DNA of 64,000 nt from an uncultured Chloroflexia bacterium (GTDB lineage Bacteria; Chloroflexota; Limnocylindria; Limnocylindrales; CSP1-4): the NCBI GenBank assembly GCA_963828165.1, contig CAWHDR010000001.1:288001-352000 (forward strand), read 5' to 3'. Below the pieces are notes generated by a model. It made no database searches. It was not told the DNA's origin and worked only from the letters and a program-made list of their open reading frames with translations. Positions within the stretch are counted from its first letter, which is position 1, and each line of letters starts with the position of its first letter. Made by a program: the position numbers and the translations under genes. This document shows positions 1-10,051 of the stretch, piece after piece.

Positions 1-297
1 GCCGGTCGGCTGACGACGTTCCGCTCGGTGGCGCTGCCGCTGGCCGGCCCGGCGCTGGCCACGCTGGCGGTGATCACGTTCCTCGCGTTCTGGAACGAAT
101 ACCTCTGGCCGCTGATCATCTGCCAGGACAACTGCACGCTGCCGCCGGGCCTCAAGTCGCTGCAGCGCCAGTTCACCGGCGATCCGGGTCTCGTCATGGC
201 GGGCGCCGTGGTGGCGGCCGTGCCGGTGCTCATCCTGTACCTGATCCTGCAGCGCTACATCGTCCAGAGCGTGGCGTCCACCGGCATCAAGGGTTGA
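1..297 (+). CDS. Carbohydrate ABC transporter permease, C-terminal part (truncated by window edge)
   Basis: MalG-type motifs FLAFWNEYLWPLI and LQRYIVQSVASTGIKG. Confidence 0.9.
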   Translation, partial: AGRLTTFRSVALPLAGPALATLAVITFLAFWNEYLWPLIICQDNCTLPPGLKSLQRQFTGDPGLVMAGAVVAAVPVLILYLILQRYIVQSVASTGIKG

Positions 298-3152
298 TGT
301 CGAGTCAGCGCGCCTCCATGCCCCTCGACGGGGAGTGGTCCTTCGTCGCGGATCCCGATGGACGGTACGACCCGCACCACCTGCCCGGGGGCCAGCCGAT
401 CTCGGTCCCGGGTTGCTGGGAGGCTCAGATCCCGGACCCGTATGGGATCGTCACAGCGTGGTTCAGTCGCACCTTCGAGGTCCCCGCCGCCTGGGACGCG
501 GGCCGGCTCGTGATCCGTTTCGGCGCGGTCATGTACGCCTGCGAGGTGTTCCTCAACGGCGTCTCCATCGGCGGGCATGAAGGTGGCTACACCCCGTTCG
601 AGCTCGAGGCTGGCCAGCAGGCGGTCCGTGGAGGCCCGAATCGCATCGACGTCCGGGTCACGAACCCGCTGAACGTCATCGCGGACTACCCCGTCTTCCC
701 GGAAGCCGACCTGCGCCCGCTCGAGGCGCTCGCTCCGGACATCCCGTTCGGTGAGATCCCGCACGGCAAGCAGACCTGGTACTCGAGCCAGAGCGGCATC
801 TGGCAATCGGTCGCGCTCGAATGGCGACCCGCGGTAGCGCTGCGGCCACTGCGGATCCGACCGGACGTGGCGGCCGCTCGAGCGATCATCGACTGGGGGC
901 TCGATCCCGGCGGTGATGCCGCCCTGCCCGAGGGCGCCGTCATCAGCGTCGAGGTCGTCGGCCCCGACGGGGAGCCTGCCGGCTCGATCACCGCCGTGGC
1001 GAAGGGCGGGCGGGGGCACGGGGAGCTCCTGGTGGAGATTGCGAACCTGCGCCTCTGGGATATCGATCGACCGAATCTCTACGTCGCGAGGGCGAGGCTG
1101 GAGGATGCCGCAGGCACGCCGATGGACGAGGTCTCTGCGCGGTTCGGGATGCGCGAGATCCGGACCGAACAGGGCCGGATCCTGCTGAACGGACGCCCGA
1201 TCTACATCCTTGGCGCCCTCGACCAGGATCTCTATCCGGACACGATCTCGACCCCTCCGTCGCGGGCCTTCCTCGACGAGCAGATGCGCCGCACCCGGGA
1301 GATGGGCATCAACCTCCTGCGATGTCACATCAAGGTGCCCGATCCCGCGTATCTCGATGCGGCCGACGAGGCAGGTTTGCTCGTGTGGTGCGAGCTGCCG
1401 AACTGGCTGCGCTTCAGCCGGGGAGCCGCGCAGAGAGGTCGAGCGACCCTCAAGGCGATGGTCGAGGAGCTCGGCAACCATCCGTCGATCGTGGCCTGGA
1501 CGATCATCAACGAGGACTGGGGCACCCGCGTGCGCCAGGAGGCACGCGATCGGCGGTGGCTCGCTCAGACCTATGACTGGCTGAGAGCGCTCGACCCGAG
1601 CCGACTCATCGTCGATAACTCCGCCTGCGAGACCGCGGCCTGGCCCAACTTCCACGTTCGCAGCGACCTAGCCGACTTCCACGTCTACTTCGCGGCGCCG
1701 GATCATGCGAGTCGGTGGCGTGCGCGGGTCGAGGAGTACGCCGGACGTCCGGCCTGGCTCTGGAGCCCCCACGGGGACGCGCGCCAGCGCGGCGACGAAC
1801 CCCTCGTCCTGAGCGAGTTCGGCAGCTGGGGCCTACCTCGGCCGGAGCGACTCGTGGGTGAGGCCGGACGGCCGCCGTGGTGGTACAGGACCGGCCGGAG
1901 CTACTTCCGTCCAAGCGGAATGTCCGAGCGCTTCGAGCGCAGCGGCCTCGAGCGGATCTGGACGTCGGTCGGGGAGATGGCGGATGCCACCCAGTGGCAC
2001 CAGTTCGAGGCGCTCCAGTACGAGATCGGCGAGCTTCGGCGACACGACACCATCCAGGGTTATGTCGTCACGGAGCTGTGCGACGCGAACTGGGAGGCGA
2101 ACGGGCTGCTCGACGAGCGGCGGGGACCGAAGGTCTTCCACGATCGGCTGCAAGATCTCCATGCGCCCGACGTGGTCGTCGCCGACCTCGACCGACGCGA
2201 CTATCAGGGCGGCGATCAGATCAGCGCGGAGGTGACCCTGTCGTCGTACGGTGAGCCGGCTGGCGGCGGGACGCTCACGTGGTGGTTGGACGGTCACGGA
2301 CTGAGCGGCGAACGAACGAGCTCCACCATCGGGGCGTGGCCCGAGGGCGGGGCTCGCGTGGTCGGCCGGATCGACGTGGCGACGCCGCACGTCGAAGCGG
2401 CCCGCGACGCCATCCTCCACGTGGTCGCCAGCGACGACGCCGGCCGGGAACGCGCCTGCACTGCCTACGGCATCGCCCTCGTGCCGGCTCCCGGCCGGCT
2501 CGGAGAACGGCTCGACGTCGCGATCCACGATCCGAACGGGTTGTGGGACGTGGAGGGCCTGATCGCTACCCTGGGCCACCGCCGTGCGGGGCGCCATGCC
2601 GCGGGAATCGTGGTCACGACCGAGCTGGACCGCGACCTCCTCGAGCATGTCGAGCGAGGCGGGCGTGCCCTCCTCCTCGCCCGGAGCCGTGACGCCATCG
2701 CGCCGGGTCTCGAGCTCGCGCGCCCGCTCGCCATCCACCCACGCAATCTCCCGCATGAGGACTGGGCCGACGAGCGCAACCCGTGGGACGGCGACTGGGT
2801 GACCACCTGGAGCTGGATCCGCCACGACATCCTGCCGGGTCTTCCCGAACGAGCGCCCCTGGACTTCGCCTACCAGGAGGTCATGCCCGATCACGTCATC
2901 GCCGGCTACGACCCGGAACGCGACGGCGACGAGGTCGCCGCCGGGATATTCGCGGGCTGGGTGCACGCCCCCGCGGCGCTCGCCTGGACGTTCCCGCAAG
3001 GAGCGGGCTCGCTGACCGTGACGACCTTCCGGGTAGCGCCCGAATCGGGCCCGGTCGCCTCGCTCCTCCTCGATCGTCTCGTGCGTCACGCTGCGGGAGC
3101 GCCGCTGACCGAGCGCGGCGCGCTGGCCAGCGCGCAGGTGCCGCCGGCCTGA
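297..3152 (+). CDS. Glycoside hydrolase family 2 (beta-galactosidase/glucuronidase-like)
   Basis: HEGGYTPF, RFGMREI, GINLLRCHIK, NHPSIVAWTIINEDWG (acid/base), LSEFG (nucleophile); TGATG coupling to the upstream permease. Confidence 0.9.
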   Translation: MSSQRASMPLDGEWSFVADPDGRYDPHHLPGGQPISVPGCWEAQIPDPYGIVTAWFSRTFEVPAAWDAGRLVIRFGAVMYACEVFLNGVSIGGHEGGYTPFELEAGQQAVRGGPNRIDVRVTNPLNVIADYPVFPEADLRPLEALAPDIPFGEIPHGKQTWYSSQSGIWQSVALEWRPAVALRPLRIRPDVAAARAIIDWGLDPGGDAALPEGAVISVEVVGPDGEPAGSITAVAKGGRGHGELLVEIANLRLWDIDRPNLYVARARLEDAAGTPMDEVSARFGMREIRTEQGRILLNGRPIYILGALDQDLYPDTISTPPSRAFLDEQMRRTREMGINLLRCHIKVPDPAYLDAADEAGLLVWCELPNWLRFSRGAAQRGRATLKAMVEELGNHPSIVAWTIINEDWGTRVRQEARDRRWLAQTYDWLRALDPSRLIVDNSACETAAWPNFHVRSDLADFHVYFAAPDHASRWRARVEEYAGRPAWLWSPHGDARQRGDEPLVLSEFGSWGLPRPERLVGEAGRPPWWYRTGRSYFRPSGMSERFERSGLERIWTSVGEMADATQWHQFEALQYEIGELRRHDTIQGYVVTELCDANWEANGLLDERRGPKVFHDRLQDLHAPDVVVADLDRRDYQGGDQISAEVTLSSYGEPAGGGTLTWWLDGHGLSGERTSSTIGAWPEGGARVVGRIDVATPHVEAARDAILHVVASDDAGRERACTAYGIALVPAPGRLGERLDVAIHDPNGLWDVEGLIATLGHRRAGRHAAGIVVTTELDRDLLEHVERGGRALLLARSRDAIAPGLELARPLAIHPRNLPHEDWADERNPWDGDWVTTWSWIRHDILPGLPERAPLDFAYQEVMPDHVIAGYDPERDGDEVAAGIFAGWVHAPAALAWTFPQGAGSLTVTTFRVAPESGPVASLLLDRLVRHAAGAPLTERGALASAQVPPA

Positions 3153-4279
3153 TGCGAGTGGGTATGAGGACGCTCGCCGTGCTGCTTATGGCTGCCGTCG
3201 CTGCGTGCGCGGAGCCGGGCGCGACCGGCCTGGGCTCGCCGTCCGGCTCGGGATCGCGGGCACCCGGGAGCGGCTCGACCACGCCCACGTCGAGCGCCCC
3301 GTCGTCGCCCGCCGTGAGCCCGACGGTTCCCGAAGGTCAGTTCATCAACCCGGTGATCGACCGAAACTTCGCCGATCCTTTCGTGCTCGAAGTCGACGGC
3401 ACGTACTACGCGTACGCGACCGGCAACCTGACCTACAACATCCAGGTCACGACCTCGACCGACCTCGTCCATTGGGAGCGCGCCCGCGAAGCGTTGCCAC
3501 GGCTGCCCCTCTGGCAGCCCACCTCCAAGGGCCTGACCTGGGCCCCGGAGGTGACTGAGACGGATGCGGGGTTCGTCATGCACTACACCGGCCGCGATGT
3601 CCAGGCCGGAATGCAATGCCTGGGCGTGGCCACCGCAGTCGATCCGACGGGGCCGTTCGTGGACGAGAGCAACGGACCGCTCCTCTGCCAGCACGACCTC
3701 GGCGGATCCATCGATTCGAGTCCCTTCCTGGACGCCGACGGCACGCGTTACCTGCTGTGGAAGAGCGATGGGAACTGCTGCGGGATCCCGGTCCGCATGT
3801 TCATCTCGGAATTGGCCGCTGACGGCAGGACGCTCGTGGGCGAGCCGACAGATCTCGGGCTGGCGGTCGACGCTCCGTGGGAACGGAATCTGATCGAGGC
3901 ACCGACCCTCCTCTTCCACGACGGGACCTACCACCTGTTCTTCTCGGCCAACGACTACGGGAGCCGGAACTACGCCGCGGGCTACGCAACCTCCGCGAAG
4001 GTGCGCGGCCCGTACGTCGACGCCGATGAGAACCCGATCCTGTCTACGGACATCCCGGTCGGCACCGCCGGCCTCCCAGCGGGTCCCGGTCATCAATCGA
4101 TCATCGCCGACGGCGCCGGGGACCTGTGGATCGTCTATCACGCCTGGGACAGCGGGCTGATCGGCGACTCGATCGGGGGACGACGGAGCATGTGGATCGA
4201 CGAGCTCGTGTTCGAGGACGGCCGGCCCGTGGTGAAGGGGCCGGACGTCGGGCCTCAGCCGGTGCCGGCGCCCCCGTGA
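3152..4279 (+). CDS. Glycoside hydrolase family 43 lipoprotein with Ser/Pro/Thr-rich linker
   Basis: Lipobox-like AVAAC; FADPFV, WAPEV, SIDSSPF, IEAP, GPGH motifs; start may instead be 3164. Confidence 0.88.
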   Translation: MRVGMRTLAVLLMAAVAACAEPGATGLGSPSGSGSRAPGSGSTTPTSSAPSSPAVSPTVPEGQFINPVIDRNFADPFVLEVDGTYYAYATGNLTYNIQVTTSTDLVHWERAREALPRLPLWQPTSKGLTWAPEVTETDAGFVMHYTGRDVQAGMQCLGVATAVDPTGPFVDESNGPLLCQHDLGGSIDSSPFLDADGTRYLLWKSDGNCCGIPVRMFISELAADGRTLVGEPTDLGLAVDAPWERNLIEAPTLLFHDGTYHLFFSANDYGSRNYAAGYATSAKVRGPYVDADENPILSTDIPVGTAGLPAGPGHQSIIADGAGDLWIVYHAWDSGLIGDSIGGRRSMWIDELVFEDGRPVVKGPDVGPQPVPAPP

Positions 4280-5547
4280 GGATCGTCCCGGCCAGCCGGC
4301 GCCGCTCGATGGGATGCCAGCGGTCGAGGCTCGGGACCGGCCGGAAACGGCTCCAGAACGCCGTCCAGCCCCGCACGGGCGAGGGCACGGTAGCGCTCGC
4401 CCACCGGATGCGGGCGGCGGTCGAGATCCACGAGCCCGCAGGCGTTAGGCCGGTCGTTCACCTCCCGCAGGGCGGTGTCCCAGTCGACGTGGTCGACGAA
4501 CCCATACCAGCACACACCGCGGATGGGCAGCCCTTCTGCGCGAAGCACCAGCGCCTCGTTCCAAACCGTGGCCAGCCAGGCCTCGGCCGCGGGGCCCTCC
4601 ATGTTCGTTTCGCTCAACATGAAGGGCAACCCGAAGTGGGCGTGATAGGCGCGCGCCTGGGCGGCATAGCCCCGGGGCTCCTCGCGGAGCTGGGCGGAAC
4701 CGTCCGCCCCGATGAGCCACTCGTTCCCGGCGTAGAAGTCGTGACCGACGATGCAGCTATCGCTGGAGCCGTTCTCGGCGTACCAGGCGAGTCGCTCCTC
4801 CCCCATCCCGTTCGCTCGCAGCCAAATCGTCACGAGCTCGCCGGGTCGACGGCCGTACGTCAGGTCCCAGGCCACGAACCGGAGCTCGTTGAGGTACTGC
4901 GCCTGCTGCCTCGCCTCAGGAACCGCCGGCTCATATCCCTCACAGGTGTCGCTCTGCACAAAGACCGCGTCGGGGCGTCGCGCGCGGATCGCGGCCATCG
5001 CGAGCACGGCGGAGGTCGCCGCCCCATCGATGGCCGCGACGAAGCTCGCATCGTCCGTACGACGCTCGTTCCACCATCCGAGCTGGGCCGAGAAGCGGGC
5101 GCTGATCAATGGCTCGTTGACCGGCGTGTAGTAGCGGACCCACGGATAGCGATGGGCGAAGCGGTCCGCGAAGGACGCGAACCGGGATGGCAGCCCTGGG
5201 TCGCCGAAGCCCCAGAGGTCATCGGGCAGGCCGAAGTGGAGCAGGTCGACGATGGGCTCGATCCCGTTGGCCTGCAATGCCGACATGGCTCGGTCCGTCC
5301 AGCGCCAGTCCAGCCGCCCGGGAATTGCGGCGATGACGTGGAACGGGATCCCGTAGCGCAGGTATCGGATCCCGAACTCGGCGACGAGCGCGAGGTCCGC
5401 CTCGACTCTGTCGTCGTGCCCGGTCTTGCGCAGCTCGTCCTGGCGGATCCCACCTTCGATCAGTGGCGCCGAGCATTCGATCCCCGAGGCGATGACGAAG
5501 CCTCGATCCAGCTCCAGCGTGAGCGCGTCCCCGGCGGCGATGGACAT
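4255..5547 (-). CDS. Glycoside hydrolase family 1-like beta-glycosidase
   Basis: ASGIECS, LRYGIP, DLLHFG, TPVNEP (acid/base), LSETN (nucleophile); start taken at MSIAAG after a GAGG RBS. Confidence 0.85.
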   Translation of the reverse strand: MSIAAGDALTLELDRGFVIASGIECSAPLIEGGIRQDELRKTGHDDRVEADLALVAEFGIRYLRYGIPFHVIAAIPGRLDWRWTDRAMSALQANGIEPIVDLLHFGLPDDLWGFGDPGLPSRFASFADRFAHRYPWVRYYTPVNEPLISARFSAQLGWWNERRTDDASFVAAIDGAATSAVLAMAAIRARRPDAVFVQSDTCEGYEPAVPEARQQAQYLNELRFVAWDLTYGRRPGELVTIWLRANGMGEERLAWYAENGSSDSCIVGHDFYAGNEWLIGADGSAQLREEPRGYAAQARAYHAHFGLPFMLSETNMEGPAAEAWLATVWNEALVLRAEGLPIRGVCWYGFVDHVDWDTALREVNDRPNACGLVDLDRRPHPVGERYRALARAGLDGVLEPFPAGPEPRPLASHRAAPAGRDDPHGGAGTG

Positions 5548-5653
5548 CGTTTCCTCATGACGGCCGTCGCGCGCGACGGTCGTCGCTCGCTCCGTGGAAT
5601 GATGCGGCAACCGCAGGCTCCGGACGTGCCGGCGGGCCTGCCACGGGACGCCG

Positions 5654-6868
5654 ATGCGTAGCCAAGGACCCAGCCCAGTGGCAGGGGACCTCCATCCGTC
5701 GGCGCTGCGGGCGGCACTCGTCGAGCGCGAGCCTGCCGCGGCCCGCGACCCGGATGCCGTAGAGATCGTCCGCGCTCCGGGTCGTGTGAACCTCATCGGT
5801 GAGCACACCGACTACAACGAAGGCTTCGTGCTGCCGGCCGCGATCGACCTCGAGATCCGGCTGGCCCTCATCCCGACGAGCGATCGGCGGGTCGAGATCA
5901 CGGTCCTCGCCGATGGGACGACGAGCGGCTTCGATCTCGACGCGATCCCAGCGCGCCGGGGACACGGCATCGACTACGTCGCAGGCGTGGCGTGGTCGCT
6001 GGCCACGGCAGGGCTGCCGTTGCGTGGCTTCCGGGCCGTCCTCGCCAGCAATCTGCCGATGTCGGCGGGTCTGTCATCGTCGGCGGCGCTCGAGTTGGCG
6101 AGCGCCTGGGCCCTGCTGGAGCCGTCGGCGAGGCCGGTCACCGCGGCAGACCGGATGCAACTCGCTCAGCTGGCTCAGAAGGCAGAGAACGAGTTCGTAG
6201 GCGTGCGCAGCGGCCTGATGGACCAGTTCGCCTCGTCGCTCGGCCGACCGGGGACGGCGATGCTGCTGGACTGCCGATCGCTTGAGTGGCGGGCGGTCGC
6301 ATTGCCCCTCGAGGGTCTGGCCCTCGTGATCTGCGACAGTTCGGCTCCCCGGGATCTCGTTGCGTCCGAATACAACGCACGGCGAGCGCAATGCGAGCAG
6401 GCGGTCGCGATCATCGCTTCGATCGTTCCCGGCGTGCGTTCCCTGCGCGACGTCGATGAAGGCATCCTCGCGCGGACCTCAAACCGGCTGGATGACGAGA
6501 CGCGACGCCGGGTCGAACACGTCATCAGGGAGAACACGCGGGTCGTGGAATGCGTCGCAGCCCTCGAAGCTGGCAATCTCGCGGTCGTCGGTCGGCTGTT
6601 CGCCGAGAGCCATCGTTCGCTGCGCGACCTGTATGAGGTCAGTTCGCCCGCCCTCGATGCGCTCGTCGAGATCGCCTCCGCGGCTACCGGCACCGTCGCC
6701 GCCCGGATGACCGGCGCCGGCTTCGGTGGCTGCACGATCAACCTGGTGGCCCGCGACGCCGTGGATGAGTTCCGCGAAACCATCTCCCGCGACTACCCAG
6801 CCAGAACCGGCCTCCATGCCCGGGTGTTCACCGTCGAGCCGGCGGCCGGGGCAGGCTTGCTGCCGTGA
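5654..6868 (+). CDS. galK: Galactokinase
   Basis: APGRVNLIGEHTDYNEG, AGLSSSAA, GLMDQF, ARMTGAGFGG. Confidence 0.95.
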   Translation: MRSQGPSPVAGDLHPSALRAALVEREPAAARDPDAVEIVRAPGRVNLIGEHTDYNEGFVLPAAIDLEIRLALIPTSDRRVEITVLADGTTSGFDLDAIPARRGHGIDYVAGVAWSLATAGLPLRGFRAVLASNLPMSAGLSSSAALELASAWALLEPSARPVTAADRMQLAQLAQKAENEFVGVRSGLMDQFASSLGRPGTAMLLDCRSLEWRAVALPLEGLALVICDSSAPRDLVASEYNARRAQCEQAVAIIASIVPGVRSLRDVDEGILARTSNRLDDETRRRVEHVIRENTRVVECVAALEAGNLAVVGRLFAESHRSLRDLYEVSSPALDALVEIASAATGTVAARMTGAGFGGCTINLVARDAVDEFRETISRDYPARTGLHARVFTVEPAAGAGLLP

Positions 6869-6888
6869 CCATTCCGGAGCCGGACGGG

Positions 6889-7137
6889 TCAGGGCTCCTT
6901 GTGTCGCCGCTCTGCCTCCGTCTCGGTCGCGGTCGCGGTCGGCTTGGCTCGCGGGGTGGCCAGGCTCCAGACGAACGATGCGAGGCGTTCTTCGGTCTCC
7001 AGCGCTGACTCGTATTCCGAGGTCCCCCGGACGAGGCGCTGCCGCTGCACCGAGGCGTCGGTCAAGGCCCCGATCTGCCTCTGGATCTGGTCGGCGTCGA
7101 TCGCCGCCTCGAGACCCGAGTCATCGCTGTTGTCCAC
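6889..7137 (-). CDS. Small hypothetical protein (about 82 aa)
   Basis: Helical, protein-like ORF; GTG start at 7137 inferred. Confidence 0.5.
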   Translation of the reverse strand: MDNSDDSGLEAAIDADQIQRQIGALTDASVQRQRLVRGTSEYESALETEERLASFVWSLATPRAKPTATATETEAERRHKEP

Positions 7138-7393
7138 TCTGGAATCATCGGGTGTAGGCCCATCGAGAGCTGAGGATGAAATCCCGCTTGCGGGGTCACA
7201 GGTCCGTAGCAATGGCGGGCGAAAACGTCACGGTGACACTGACATCTTCTCGGGACTGACAGTCCTGGGCATTCACGAGCGATAGGGTGACCCACGACCC
7301 CCAAGGATCGGCCGGCTGGGCGAAGGCTGTCGATTGCCGCCAACCGAGGGCCAAAAAAAGCGGCAGGCAGCGCCAGCGCCCTAGACTGGGCGC

Positions 7394-8428
7394 TTGAGCG
7401 GATCGGATCGGCTGGTGGATCGCGCGGACGAACATCGAGCGCGCCTGGCCAGCCTGTGGGCGCTGCTCGACCGACGACGTACGGCGGCCGCCCTGCTGAC
7501 GACTCGCCGGAACTTCGCGTGGCTCACGGTCGGCGGGATCGGTCACGTCCTGCAGTCAGTGGACACGTCGATCGCGGCCATCCTCGTGACTCGAGGCGAC
7601 ACCGTCGTCATCACCCAGAACATCGAGGCATCTCGGCTCGCCGAGGAAGAGCTCGGGGGTCTCGACGTCGAAGTGGTGGCCGTCCCCTGGTGGGAACCCG
7701 GAGCGATCGAGGCCGAGGCCGTTCGCCGCCTGGGAGCGGGCGTTCGTACGGCGAGCGACGCCGATCTCGAAATCGAGCTGTCGCGGATCCGCAGTGTGCT
7801 CTCCCCCATCGACCGCGATCGCCTTGCTGATCTCGGCCGGATCGCGGGCGACGCGACCGGCGCAGCCCTCGCGGCGATCCGACCCGGCATGTCCGAGGAC
7901 GACGTGGTCGCCGAACTGCTGGCCCGCCTGCCGGGTGTCCGAGTTCCCGTCGTGCTCGCCGCCGCGGACGAGCGCATCGCGAGGTACCGTCACCCGGTGC
8001 CGGGCGAGACGCAGATCCGCACCCGGTTGATGCTCGTCCTGGTCGCCGAACGATGGGGCCTCCATGTTGCCCTCACCCGGATCCGTGAGCTGGAGGCTCC
8101 CACCGGAGACCTCGCCCGACGGATCGAGGCGGTCCGCGCTGTGCAAACGGCCATGCATGCCGCGACCCGACCGGGCGCGACATTCGGGGAGGTGTTCGAG
8201 GTCGCCCAGTCGGCGTACGCGGCCAGCGGGTTCCCGGACGAATGGCGCGACCATCACCAGGGCGGCTCGATCGGGTATCAGCCGCGCGAACGGGTCGCAC
8301 TCCCAGACGACCAGACCACCATCGAAACGGGGATGGCGTTTGCCTGGAACCCGTCCGTTGCGGGGGCGAAGGCGGAGGACACGATCGTCATCGCGGACGA
8401 GGCGACGCGGACGGTGACCCACGGGTGA
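7394..8428 (+). CDS. M24 family metallopeptidase (Xaa-Pro aminopeptidase-like)
   Basis: ARYRHP, HHQGGSIGY, AWNPS, AKAEDT motifs. Confidence 0.85.
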   Translation: MSGSDRLVDRADEHRARLASLWALLDRRRTAAALLTTRRNFAWLTVGGIGHVLQSVDTSIAAILVTRGDTVVITQNIEASRLAEEELGGLDVEVVAVPWWEPGAIEAEAVRRLGAGVRTASDADLEIELSRIRSVLSPIDRDRLADLGRIAGDATGAALAAIRPGMSEDDVVAELLARLPGVRVPVVLAAADERIARYRHPVPGETQIRTRLMLVLVAERWGLHVALTRIRELEAPTGDLARRIEAVRAVQTAMHAATRPGATFGEVFEVAQSAYAASGFPDEWRDHHQGGSIGYQPRERVALPDDQTTIETGMAFAWNPSVAGAKAEDTIVIADEATRTVTHG

Positions 8429-10008
8429 TCCAGTCGCGGACCGGGACCCTCGGCGCGCTGTCGCGCTCCTCGATCGTGCTGTCCGTGATCGTGGGCGTCG
8501 TCGCGCTCGCGGTGTACGTCCGGACGCTGCTCCCAGGACTCGCGTTCGGCGACTGGGGGGAGATGCAGACCGTTCCCCATGTCCTGGGCGTCGCCCATCC
8601 GACGGGCTACCCGACGTACCTCATCCTGTCGTGGCTGGCGCACCTCGTGCCCATCGGCTCGATCGCGTTCCGTGCGAATCTCCTGTCGGCGGTCCTGGTG
8701 GCGGGCGCCCTCGGGGTGACCGTCGCGATCCTGGCTCGGTTGGGCACCCGTCCGGCTATCGCGGGCGGAGCGGCGCTCGTGCTCGGCGCCGTGGGCACGG
8801 TGTGGGCCGCAGCTACGGTCGCCGAGGTCAACCCGCTCCACCTGTTGTTCGTCGCCCTGCTGCTGCACCGTGCGCTCGTCTGGGAGGAGCATCGAAGGCC
8901 GCGCGACCTCATCCTGGGTGCCGCCCTCCTCGGTCTGGCGCTAGGCAACCACCTGCTGACGCTGTTCGTCGCTCCGTTCGTCGTGCTCTTCGTCCTGTGG
9001 GTCGGACGGCGGGAGATCGTCGCCAGCCCACGGCTCCTCGTCGGGGCCGTCGCCGCTGGTCTGATCTCGGCCAGCGTCTATCTCTACATCCCGATCGCGG
9101 CGGCGGCGGACCCGCCCCTGCCGTACAACCATCCTGTCAGCCTCGAAGCAGTCCTGTGGCTCGTCAGCGGAGCCCAGTTCCGGAGTCAGTTCGCGTTCCT
9201 CTCGGCGAGCGGAGCGTCCGAGTTCGTCGCCTCGCTGCCTGCGCTGTGGGAGGTCCTTGCGGGCCGCGCGACGCCGCTCCTGCCGATCGTGGGCGGCGTC
9301 GGCGTGGCGTTGCTGGTCCGCCAGCGGCCGGCGTTCGGGCTGATGTGCGTGGCCATCCTGACCATCAATCTCTACATCTGGGCCACGTACCTGCGCCTCG
9401 AGCACTACCTGCTCGTTCCGTGGCTGATCCTGGTGCTCGGGGCCGGGGTCGCACTCGAGGTGGTCGCGAGAACGCTGGTGGCCCGGGCGCCGTCGAGTGC
9501 GGCCACAGCCGGCGTCGGCGTGCTCGTCGGGGCGGCGACCGTGGCCCTGGCGGTCGGCCTGGCCGGGGCGAACTGGGCGACCGCGGACCGGAGCACCGAT
9601 CGCAGCGCCGACGCCTTCGTGGAGGCCGTCATGACCACGCTGCCAACGGACGCCGCGATCCTGTCCGAGTGGGATGCGTCGACGCCGCTGTGGCACGCCC
9701 AGTACGTCCTCGACCGACGCCCCGACCTCCTCATCGTCGACGACACGAACATCGTCTACGAGGGCTGGGGCTCCCGCGAGAACCGCATCGCGTCCCTGAT
9801 CTGTGACCGTCCCGTGTTCATCCTGCGCCTGAGCGATGCCGATCTCGTGCCGACGCGGGCCGCCTATCGGCTCGAGCCGTTCATGACGGTCATGGTCGCC
9901 TTGGGCGGACCCTCGGCGTCGGTGAGCCGGCCGATCCACCGGGTCGGGCCGCTGGATTCGGCCGTGTGCCGTGGCATGGCGCAGGACTCAGGGGCGGCGG
10001 CGGACTGA
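8425..10008 (+). CDS. DUF2723/TMEM260-like multi-pass glycosyltransferase (putative protein O-mannosyltransferase)
   Basis: GDWGEMQ, LGVAHPTGYPTY, AEVN, GNHL motifs; many TM segments; GTGA overlap with the upstream gene. Confidence 0.82.
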   Translation: MIQSRTGTLGALSRSSIVLSVIVGVVALAVYVRTLLPGLAFGDWGEMQTVPHVLGVAHPTGYPTYLILSWLAHLVPIGSIAFRANLLSAVLVAGALGVTVAILARLGTRPAIAGGAALVLGAVGTVWAAATVAEVNPLHLLFVALLLHRALVWEEHRRPRDLILGAALLGLALGNHLLTLFVAPFVVLFVLWVGRREIVASPRLLVGAVAAGLISASVYLYIPIAAAADPPLPYNHPVSLEAVLWLVSGAQFRSQFAFLSASGASEFVASLPALWEVLAGRATPLLPIVGGVGVALLVRQRPAFGLMCVAILTINLYIWATYLRLEHYLLVPWLILVLGAGVALEVVARTLVARAPSSAATAGVGVLVGAATVALAVGLAGANWATADRSTDRSADAFVEAVMTTLPTDAAILSEWDASTPLWHAQYVLDRRPDLLIVDDTNIVYEGWGSRENRIASLICDRPVFILRLSDADLVPTRAAYRLEPFMTVMVALGGPSASVSRPIHRVGPLDSAVCRGMAQDSGAAAD

Positions 10009-10051
10009 GCGCGGCTGAGTCGCGACAACGCCGGGTTGATCGATGCGCCGG

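Noticed and set aside
7180-7370. c-di-GMP or c-di-AMP riboswitch
   Set aside because: Could not find the GEMM or ydaO consensus elements on either strand
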